A DNA stretch of 64,000 bases, taken from contig JAUFOQ010000004.1 of NCBI GenBank assembly GCA_040285855.1, forward strand, positions 124,001 to 188,000, in the 5' to 3' direction. The stretch comes from Eukaryota sp. GEM-RC1 (Eukaryota). Position 1 is the first letter of the stretch; every line of letters starts with the position of its first letter. Positions 36,301-46,240 of this stretch are shown here, piece by piece. The notes below the pieces were generated by a model that saw nothing but the letters and a program-made list of their open reading frames with translations, did not search any database and was not told the DNA's origin. The translations under genes were made by a program, and so were the position numbers.

Positions 36301-37317
36301 ATGCTCAATCTCGATCAAATCATTGAACAACTACGAAAAACTGAACTTCCTTCTGAAACTCAAGTTGAGCTGCTGTGTAAACAAGCAGTTGAAATGTTTC
36401 TAGACGATCCAAATGTTCTTTCACTTCCTGCTCCTATAACTGTTGTCGGTGACATCCACGGTCAGTTTTTTGATCTTCTTGAACTCTTTGAAATCGCTGG
36501 TCAATGTCCTGGTACTCGCTATCTCTTTCTAGGTGATTATGTTGATCGAGGCTTCTACTCAGTTGAAACTTTCCTTCTACTTTTAGCTCTCAAAGTTCGC
36601 TTTAATGACCGAATGTTTCTTCTAAGAGGCAACCACGAGTCTAGGCAAATCTCTCAAGTATATGGCTTCTACGATGAATGTGTCCGTAAGTACGGTTCTC
36701 TCAACATTTGGCAACAATGCATCGATGTCTTTGACACCCTTCCCTTGGCTGCAACTCTGGGAGATAAAGTTTTCTGTATCCACGGTGGACTTTCTCCTAG
36801 TATGAGCACTATTGATCAGATCAGGTGCTTAGATCGACAGCAAGAAGTTCCTCACGATGGTTTAATGTGTGATCTTCTTTGGAGTGACCCAATGGACTCC
36901 GAATCTCCTATTTCTACTGAAGTTGAAGTTAGCGAAGAGCTTGGTGACGTCATGCCTACTAAGAATCAAACAGAAACCCCTGATAGCACTATCACGTCAA
37001 CTTCTGGTTGGGGGCTTTCTCCTAGGGGGGCGGGGTATTTGTTTGGTGAAGACGTGACCAAGTCATTTCTACACGCTAATAACGTGGAAATGATTTGTAG
37101 GGCTCATCAACTGGTTTTTAACGGCTATCAGTCTCACTTTGACAACAAGGTGTTTACTGTTTGGTCAGCACCTAATTATGTATATAGGGTAGGTAATGAT
37201 GCTTCAGTAATGTCTTTTGATGAAAAGCTGGAGTACACGTTTACTCTTTTTAGTGCAGCTTCAATGGAGAAGCAGGGACCTTTAATACGGAAACCAATTG
37301 TAGATTATTTCTTGTAA
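36301..37317 (+). CDS. PPP4C: PPP-family phosphatase, PP4-like catalytic subunit
   Basis: [38 protein letters not shown]-terminal DYFL. Confidence 0.85.
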   Translation: MLNLDQIIEQLRKTELPSETQVELLCKQAVEMFLDDPNVLSLPAPITVVGDIHGQFFDLLELFEIAGQCPGTRYLFLGDYVDRGFYSVETFLLLLALKVRFNDRMFLLRGNHESRQISQVYGFYDECVRKYGSLNIWQQCIDVFDTLPLAATLGDKVFCIHGGLSPSMSTIDQIRCLDRQQEVPHDGLMCDLLWSDPMDSESPISTEVEVSEELGDVMPTKNQTETPDSTITSTSGWGLSPRGAGYLFGEDVTKSFLHANNVEMICRAHQLVFNGYQSHFDNKVFTVWSAPNYVYRVGNDASVMSFDEKLEYTFTLFSAASMEKQGPLIRKPIVDYFL

Positions 37318-37869
37318 GATTATATCTTTTGTTTTCTTTTGTTTGTTAGTTCGTTTTTGGGTTAGTGTTTTCTTTTTTATTTCTCTCGGTCCTTTTTGTC
37401 AGTGTGTTGCTGGTCCTTTTTGTAAACAATTTAATTATGGGCCGTATTTACATGTAGTCCTTTTTAGGAGATAAACTATCCTTACACGGAATTTTCTTGA
37501 AAAGACGGTTGGTTATTAAATAGATACCAATTTGCTAGCAAAACGAAAAGTCAAAACAACACATACAGTGTATCCTAGATTTGGTGTCAAAAACTTGAAA
37601 CACTTTTGAATAACCTGTTAAAATATTTTGTACAAGAGTTAATACAAACAACATCGGAAACATATTATATTACAGTTACCGTGTGTAACTATAAATAGCA
37701 TACACTGTGATAGAAACTGTGTGGGTACCTGAAACGGATTGTACAAAATTAGTGAGCATGCATCTACCGTAAATCAAAATGCAATCATCTGGAGGACTTC
37801 CAAATTCCATGAGAGTATTAATTGCAGATTTTACAAATATAGACCAGTACAATGATCTAAGGATGGATA

Positions 37870-38697
37870 GTTTCTTTTAATTGACCGTTGTAATAGTGGA
37901 CCTTCTGGATGTATTTCTCAAATTCCTAAGGTTTTAGAATTACATCTATCCGATGAAGCTGGGATGATCAATATGCGTCTTCATTTGGCTATTTGGCCAG
38001 CAAATTTATTAAACTATTCAACTTGCTCTTGTGGAGCTAATGGTGTTTTTCGTCATTTAATTAATTGTCGTTATGTTATTAATCTACGTGCAGTAATTCA
38101 TGATGGTGTACATGATTCTTGTAATTCTATGTTTAAAACACATGGTTTTCACTCTAAAGTTGAACCAGTTTTGAATCACCTTTCAGAAAATGAATTAACA
38201 GACCAACAAGAGGGGATCTCCATACTTCATGGCTTAAATCGAGTCAACCATTAATGGATTTTACTACAGTAGATGTTTGTAACAAATTCTGTGTCAGTAG
38301 GATATTAGATTCTTCTTTTAATCCATTAACAGCTGCTGAAAAGCTCAAACATTCCAAGTATAACTCTCAAGTAGAAGAATTAAATAGAAACTCATATTCC
38401 AAATTTGTGTTCCAACCTTTTGCTGTTTCTCGTTTTGGATCGATTAATCCTGCTGGTGATCAATTTTTCAAGGATTTCGAAGAACTGTGTAAGGAAAAGA
38501 AGTGTAAGTTTAGAATGGCTGAATGGAAAAACCATATAGTGTTTTCCATATAATGGACTATGACTTTCTATTTTTCTCGATTAGTTGGTGTGAAGGTTAA
38601 TGTTGAAAAACGTAATCTTTTACCGGACGTGAATGAAGTCGTTTTTGCAATTTCATAGTTTTGTAGGAAGGTTACCTTATTGGGTACTGAATAGAGT
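37870..38697 (+). mobile_element. Decayed CRE-like LINE 3' part (RLE domain) with the family 3' terminus
   Basis: ORFs 37964-38254 and 38254-38553 (CSC..HLINC...HD...KVEP...DFTTVD...AEKLK..KY...FQPFAVSRFG); 3' motif at 38659-38697. Confidence 0.85.
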
Positions 38698-38784
38698 CTA
38701 ATATCTATTTATGGATGGAAGTGAATAAAGCAAATGTGGGAAACAGTGCTAGGATTATTGCGATTTGACCATAAATAGTTGAGG

Positions 38785-38940
38785 AATCGCATATCGTATG
38801 TTAGCGTCTGTTTCTAGCGCTGTATTATCTCTAGGCAGACATTATGAGGATAAGGTAGGTGAGAATTTCCAGATAGTCAACCTGGACTTTGAGGATATTG
38901 ATTATTAGATGTATGTACACTGTAGTGTTGTTGTCAATAA
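38785..38940 (+). repeat. Dispersed repeat, probably the 3' end of another LINE subfamily
   Basis: High similarity to 56811-56980; ends in AATAAA. Confidence 0.7.
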
Positions 38941-39885
38941 ATAGAGTTGTGTAAACAAAATATGTTAATGTTGATGGTATTCTATATTTGTAAACCAGAA
39001 GGAGAAATCAAATGTGTTTCTTGTTTGAGCTATAAAGCACCAATAGCAACAACTATCCGACATCACAATCAACCAGAGCGTATTCATATACCATATTTCG
39101 TGGTGTCATATGAATACTTTAGCCAGGAGCAGTCCTTTATTAGTTCTACCCAATTGATAAGCATATTTCAACTATAGAGGATTGCATTTATCATCAAAAC
39201 AAGATTATGTTGAACAGTCCTAAAGTGTTCAAGATAGACATTGGTGACTATGGGTTAGACAGGTTAGTGATACAATCAGAAATGGGTCACTGAATGGACG
39301 ATTCGAAATAAAAAGACCATATTACTGTGTTTTATACGATATATATTATAGGAGAGGAAGAGATGTGAACACGGAGGGAGAAAGAGATTCAAACATAAGA
39401 TACATGAAGAGAAGCTACAGGAACTAAGAAGAAGAAACGGAAGGAGAAGTCAGGAGGAACATTACGGAATTTTGGTCTGTATTTTATGGAAAGCAGCGAG
39501 AGTGACGAATGGCCAGGGTTGTTAATTTTGAGAAGATATGTTCAAGTGAATTGAGAAGATCTTCAACTTGATGAAGAAGTGTTTGCTAGACATTAATAGT
39601 GGTTTCAGTCATCAGCAGGTGGCTTATTTATGACAGATGCTTCAAGAATGTCCTTGAAAGTACACAAAGTTATAAAGACAGTCAAGGTATAACAAGGTAT
39701 AACAAGAAGAAAACAAGACGAAAAGGGGTGTAAGAACTAGAAGAAGTTTTACTGTAGTATTAGTATGAAGGAAAACAAACTGCATTCCAAAATCAAATTG
39801 AACTATAGATCACGAAACGGAATCCAATGGAGGGGAAAGTAAGAACAAATCAATCACATTATCGACACCGACTATTCTTGGTTTC

Positions 39886-42800
39886 ATGAATCCCTTTCCG
39901 TCAGTGAACTGTGCTAGAGGTCCTGTTTCTCCTCATCCAATGAGAGGTGTGAAACGCCTTTCAATGGAACTATCTCCAACTCCATTGAAAGCACAAAACA
40001 TCCAGACATTGGATAAATTATTTTGCTTTATGGAAATCAGAGCTATTATCTCTGAAGACCATCGCCTCAATCCAGAGGTCGCTGAGGAACATGACAGTGA
40101 TGATGAAGACTGTCAAGGGCCACAAGTGAAAGACCTAATACACGAGTTTTCCTATGATGGAAGTAACGATTCCATTGTTTCTGTATCAATGGAATTTTGC
40201 TCGTCTCTTGGGTGTCAAGGCGACACTTATCTCTTTACTTGGGGTTGCAATGAACTATATATTCAAGACTGTTCTATCAATGGTTTTAGTTCAGAAACAT
40301 TGATGCTGGTTAATCTGATTGAATTCCTCAAAGCTATGCGTCCACAGCTTTTGATTGGATATAACTGTGACAAGTTCACTTTTCCATTTTTGATTTCAAG
40401 ATGCAACCATTTGATGATTGATGTTAATTTTCAATTTGACGGATATACTCCATATGTACCCACATGGTTTAAGAGATGGTGCAAAACGTCCTCTTTTGGT
40501 CCATTTCACTGCCTGGATTTAAACTCAGTTTTAAAATCCTTGTACAAATTTAAAGGTGGTCGCTTTTTGGAAAACGTAACTCAAATTATGTTGGAACATG
40601 ATCAAAAAAATTGGAAAAATTCCGAATTAATACGAATTCTAACCAATCCTCTGTATAATATTGATGAAGCTATCGCTAATTTCAAAGCGGAAAATAATGT
40701 TTCTGCACTATCTGCAAAGCAATTGTTTAGGTTAAAAACTTCTAGTGAACTAAAAACAATCAATGACCTTTGGAAGGCTTCATCAACAAGACCCCGTTTA
40801 CTCCAAAATGCAATTGATCGCCTGCATCTGTTAAAATTCATTGCTTGTGACTTGTTTGATGGAAACAAGCAGAAAATCAGAGAAAAATCTCCAATGAAAG
40901 TGATTAAAAGAAGACTCACCAAAGTTGTGACAAAATCAAAAATCAAAGTTATCGAATCGTGTGTGAAAAGAAGTCACCACGTTAGAGTTCGAGGAACTCA
41001 CTTCCTAAAACATTTTTGATTCACGAATTTGACTGTGAATATTTGAAATTTAGAGATTCTATGGGAACACATTGTAATTTGCCAAATTACTCGAAAATTC
41101 TGGATCAGAAACCTCTGAAGGTTTTGTTATCTTTGATGACGATCAAAGAGGACGGCTCATCTGACCATTTGAGCCAGATAGTCCTTGAACGCCAAGAAGA
41201 CCTGAAAAAGGTCGCAAAAAAAACCAATTCTTTGAATCTGTTTAAAATTCGACTTATTAATCATCTACTCACTAAGTTCCTTCCTCTTTTGAACGCTGCT
41301 GCTATAGTTGCTGGTAAGCAAATGGTAAAATTCCCAAGTAACTTGTACTTACCCAGACTACTTGATTACATGGCCACTGAGATCTCCACCAGTTACAAGA
41401 ATAATATGGCAAAACACTTTCACTCCTATGTCTTTCGAGTCTTCAACTTAGTAACGGAGAAAAAATCTAGAGCCATGAAAATTGAGTGTGAAGATGAACG
41501 AAAACTTTTTTCCAGCGGCTTAACAGCATCCGAGAGTTGATTGTCAACGGACAAATTGATTTAATTGATTTTCAGGATCAAACTATTTTTCCCACCAATT
41601 CTAGGTTAACTATTGCTTTTAGGACTTACTTGACATGTCAATTAAACAAGAAAATGCCAAAGGGATTATACTATGCTCAAAAAGTAAACCCTCTTAAGTT
41701 CCTTTCACATGCAATCTATCTGAACAGACTGATTGAGGAATTCTGTGATAATGTCTCCGTCACCAATCCCTTTCCAGTGACGTCATCACTAATTCCTGGT
41801 CACGTGAGACTGGACTCTAACTGGTTTCAATTGAGATTCTTACCAGATCTCAAGGGAGAAATGGATACAATAAGGAAGGAATTATGGAATACTGTTCTTA
41901 AACCAAAATCAGTTCCAACTTCCCTATCTTATGACTTTGCTTTTACCTCTATTACAACGGATGGTGTTTCTACTTCCCTGCTCATGACAAGAAAGGATTT
42001 GTTGGACTCTCATGGAAATCCTAGAAAAAATCTTTCAGCAAATGACTTGGCTGCGGAAGAACGCTATGTGGACTCTCTGACAACGGAAGAAATTACTAAA
42101 TTAAATCTCACAGGCAAAAAAATCGTAGCAATTGATCCTAACCAACACGATTTAATCTTTTGTGTTAGTCCGAAAACTGAGAGCGAAAAAAATTCAAGAG
42201 GGATTTGACCTGTCAAATAAGACTCGATCTAAACAGCTTTCACAAATTAATTGCAAAAAGAAAGGGGGGATACAAAAAGAGAAGAAGAGACTCAAAAAAG
42301 AAAAGAAAAGACTCAAAGCAGAGACAAAAAGAAAAAAAGAAATCACCAAAGTTAAATTGAAAAAAAGCCACAGCTGGAAAACATTCCGGTACACAGCTGG
42401 TGAACGAACTGCTGACCAGAGAGGCAGATTTATCAAGAAAAAGAAAAAAGAACAAGCAACCATATGAGCAAGTCAGAGAGCCTGACGATGAAACCTCAAA
42501 GCTTCTGAAATTCACCACTACAGTAAATGGTCGTCACATGACTGGCAAGGAAATTGCTGATAATTTCAGCTCCAGAGTATCCTCTGGCAAGGTAAATTCG
42601 GTTACCCCAGATAAGTAAGTACCCTTTTGGTTACGTCATTTTGGTTACCCCACAACCACTTCTGCGGGGTAACCAAAAGAATAGAAGTACTTTGTAGATA
42701 AGTACAGTTTGTATCTGACAGAAACAGAAGCTTATGGGGCTATGATAGACACATTTTACGAAGAAAAGTCTTTCCGACGCCAGAGACTGAAGAGGTACTC

Positions 42801-43694
42801 GAACAATCAGATGAGTCAGCAAAATATGCTTCATCGTTTTGCTCAAAAGTTCGGATCACCAGGAGAAGTAATTATTGGTTTTGGTGATTGGATTGATTCT
42901 AGAAAAGCCAAACGAACTGGAAAACGATCATTTGTAAAAGGCAAATCTATGAGGAAACTTTTCCGAAAATTCGGATACCAAGTTTTTCTAGTCGATGAGT
43001 ATCGAACTAGCAAATGCTGTTCGAGTTGCACATTGCTTGGAACAGAAGGCTTTTGCTCGAACCTAAAAGATGACAAAGTCCGAGACCCTAATTGGAAAAT
43101 TAAGTTAAATCGTAAAAAGAAGAAACTTCAGAAAGAGGTTGTTGAGTATAACCAAAAATTACTGTTGGGTAAAGATCAGAGAAACTTTAAATATGAATGG
43201 GAAAAGAAAAAGATGGATTAAAAAGCAAACTCCAGGAAGCAAAGGTTTCACTATGGGGCTTAGTGCGATGCGCCACGTGTGAAACATACTGGAACAGAGA
43301 CTTTAACTCTGGTATCAACATTCACAGTATTATTGAAGCAGCGATCCAAGGTAGAAGTAGACCTTCCGTTCTTGAGAGAAAAAAATCTCAAACAAATGAA
43401 TTCGAGAACGGAATGGCGATTAAGAAGAAAAGAAAATGCACAAACTGCGGCGAAGTCGGTCACAATTCTAGATCATGTTCTAAGAAGAAGAAAGAAAGGA
43501 AGATGATTTCAAAGATTTTGAGAGAGTGTTCAATATGTCATGAGACAGGTCATGACAAAAGGAACTGTCCGATGAACAGAAAAACTGTTGATCAACAGAA
43601 GACAAAAGAGAACGGAACAGGATCAACAGAAGACTGTAGTGCTAAAGTTCATATAGCTCCTCTTAGAAGTGTGAGCAAGAAAGTCTGCATGTAA
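39886..43694 (+). CDS. Fanzor1 RNA-guided endonuclease with an N-terminal PolB-type exonuclease-like domain and two C-terminal CCHC knuckles (about 1240 aa after repairing 5 homopolymer indels and removing an 87-bp insert)
   Basis: Fanzor1 motifs in order: LDYMATEISTSYKNN..HF, IPGHVRLD, SITTDGVS, RuvC-I VAIDPN (D 42134), FRYT, FYEEKSFRRQRL, IIGFGDW, RuvC-II LVDEYRTSKCCSSC (E 42997), LWGLVRCATC, RuvC-III WNRDFNSGINI (D 43299), RP..L.R. Confidence 0.9.
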
Positions 43695-43701
43695 ATGTAG
43701 A

Positions 43702-43781
43702 GATCTGTGAAGTATTATCAATGGTGGTATGATTTGTAGGGAAGACCTAAATTATGCAATTGATGTGAAAATCACAGGGTC
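43702..43781 (+). ncRNA. Candidate Fanzor omegaRNA scaffold (long stem-loop)
   Basis: Starts 8 nt after the Fanzor stop. Four stacked helices (43702-10/43772-81, 43716-22/43759-65, 43727-34/43750-57, 43737-40/43746-49) with a GAAGA loop; several G:U pairs favour the sense strand. Confidence 0.55.
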
Positions 43782-43816
43782 ACTGTTTAATCATTTTTCG
43801 TTTCTTGTAACTATTA

Positions 43817-45919
43817 ATGGGTAATTCACTATGTCACACAAACACTTCCGTTGAAGACGATCCTGTTGAACAGGATGTTCTAGATGAACTTCCTGATGAC
43901 TTTCATGATGGAGAGGAGCGTTTCTTTCTCGAAGAAGAAGAACCTGAAGAAGTTGAAGAAGAGAACTTCATGGCCATAAGACCCTGGATTGGTCCTATGA
44001 ATGGATCAACACCTATGGAATACCGTGATCCTAACTCCCTTCCCCCCAAACGAAGAGCCTAAGAAAAGTTTGATGCTGGACTACGTTTATGGCGGTTTGT
44101 ACCTCCCTGCTTTTCCTTATTCCAGTCACAACTCAGGGAATCCGTTCACATGTCCAATTTGTGAGTGACGATATGCTTGTGTATCCCGCTGCCGGAGTTG
44201 GTGTAGTCCTCTCTATTTCCTCCAACTTTCAATCCTTCTTCCGTGGACACAACAACGATATTTCCGCCTTAGCTGTTTCCAAGGACAGGTCTCTGGTTGC
44301 CACAGGACAGATTGGCAAACGCGCCAGAGTTTGTATTTGGGACCCCATTTCACTGAAAGAAGTTGGTAGTTTTACTTCTCTAGAAAGAGGTGTTATTGCT
44401 GTTGCATTCGACCATACTGGCCGCTATGTTGTTGCTGTGGGTAACGACGACTATCACTCTGTTGCTGTCTATGACATTAAAGCACAGAAGCAAATAGCAC
44501 TCCAACGTGGTGAGCGTAACAAAGTTTACCATCTATCTTCCTCTGCCGCTGGTTTCATCATGGCTGGTCACAACTTTGCTCGTCTTATTACCATCAACAA
44601 CGACGCAGTTGACATTAAGAAAGTCCTCTTTGGTTCCGGATCCTCCCGTGCTCAAGTTGTTCCCTTCCCCTGCTGTGCTGCACTTGCTGATGGAAGAGGT
44701 ATTCTAGGTAGTTCTAAGGGTGAACTGTACATTATGAGTGGTAACTCTGTTACTAGCACTGTTCAAGCTCACAGTGGACCAGTACTAACGATCTTTGCTG
44801 ATGATTACGGAGTTGTTAGTGGAGGAAGAGACTGTACCGTTAAGTTGTTCTCCACCAGTCTCAAGCAACAGACTTCTGTTAAGTTAGGTGCTCCTATCCG
44901 CTCGGTCTCTCGTCTTCCCTCGGCTTCTTCTCTCACCACTGGACTTGCTGTTACTCTTGAAGATGGATCTATTTATCTCTTTGATTTCATTGAAGATGAA
45001 GGTAAACTTATTCAGAAGTGTCATGGTACTCTGTCCTATGCTGGTAAAGCTGGTTTAACCATCTCTGAAGCCTGGGGAATTGCCGTTTCTCCTACTGCAC
45101 CTGAGTTTGCTTCTGTAGGTGACGATGGTCAGCTAATTAGATACTCTGCTGTTGACAAGAAGGCTCTGAACTATATTAGATTGCCTAATGTGTCACGGTC
45201 TGTTTGCTATTCCCCCTGATGGAAGGATAATCGTTACTGGTCTGTCTGATGGAAGAGTTGCCTCTTTTAATTCTGAGACTCTTGAGAAGCTAAACATTGT
45301 CACTCTACCCCGAAGAAACCGTAGACCAATTCCTGATCAACTATCTAAACAGTTTGCTGAATGTGGTGTTTCTGATATTAAGTTCTCTCCTGATGGTGAG
45401 ATGATTGCTTGTACTTCTCACACTCAGGACATTTTCGTTCTTTCAAAGGATTTGCAGTTGTTACACACCATGGCAGGCCACACTGCTCATGTTAAAGCTT
45501 TCGATTGGGATACCACCAGCTCTTATCTTCAGTCAATGTGTGGTGGTTACGATTACCTTTTCTGGGACGCTAAGAATGGTAAACAAGTGACCTCCGCTTC
45601 ATTCTTTGCAGATAAGGAATGGGCCACCTGGAGTTTAGTTATTGGATATGCTACCAAGGGTATTTTTAAACCAGCTCAGAAAGGAAGTGATATTAATACT
45701 GTTGCTAAATCTAATAACAGTGACCTTTTGGTAACTGGAACTGATGATGGTACTGTTGAGTTGTTCAATTTCCCTGCACTTCATGATAATCAAGAACGTA
45801 AAATGTATTATGGACATTCTGCTCATCTTACTGGTGTTGTATTTGCTCCTAATGATGAGATGTTGTTCTCTATTGGAGGGCGCGATAACTGTATTTTATC
45901 CTGGTTTGTTGAAGAATAG
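43817..45919 (+). CDS. EML/EMAP-like HELP plus WD40 microtubule-associated protein (31-nt intron 44095-44125; two frameshifts)
   Basis: FMAIRPWIG, spliced LDYVYGVTTQGIRSHV, YPAAGVGV, GHNNDISALA, WATWSLVIG, SDINTV, YYGHSAHLT, SIGGRDNCI; N-terminal MG..C. Confidence 0.88.
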
Positions 45920-46240
45920 GCGGTTGCCAGTTAAGGCATTTGTACATTGTTTTTGCTAAACTATATGAATAAATTTATGTTAATGAAAGTTGACCAATGA
46001 TGTTGTGATTGATCTCTGCAATTCAGAATAGTTTGTATGTTCTTCTAGTTCTATCAGAATAGAATCTTCTGTTCCTAGTCGCATCTTTTGTCTTGGCGGT
46101 CTTTCACAAGCTTGTTCTACGAGTAGACTAGACTGGTTTGTTAACGCAATATCAAGTGAACATTATATCTACAATAACAAAAACCAGTTCCAGTTTTAAT
46201 ACACAACTATTTTATAAACAAGAAATAATAAATTAAACTG

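Noticed and set aside
38950..39800. Possible partner gene or transposase upstream of the Fanzor
   Set aside because: Only short ORFs with many stops and no recognisable motif; at most a decayed minus-strand pseudogene.
39284..43785. 9-bp direct repeat GGGTCACTG (39284-39292, 43777-43785) as a TSD delimiting the Fanzor element
   Set aside because: No TIRs adjoin it, the right copy overlaps the predicted RNA stem, and one 9-mer match over this search space can occur by chance. An empty-site allele would be needed to support it.
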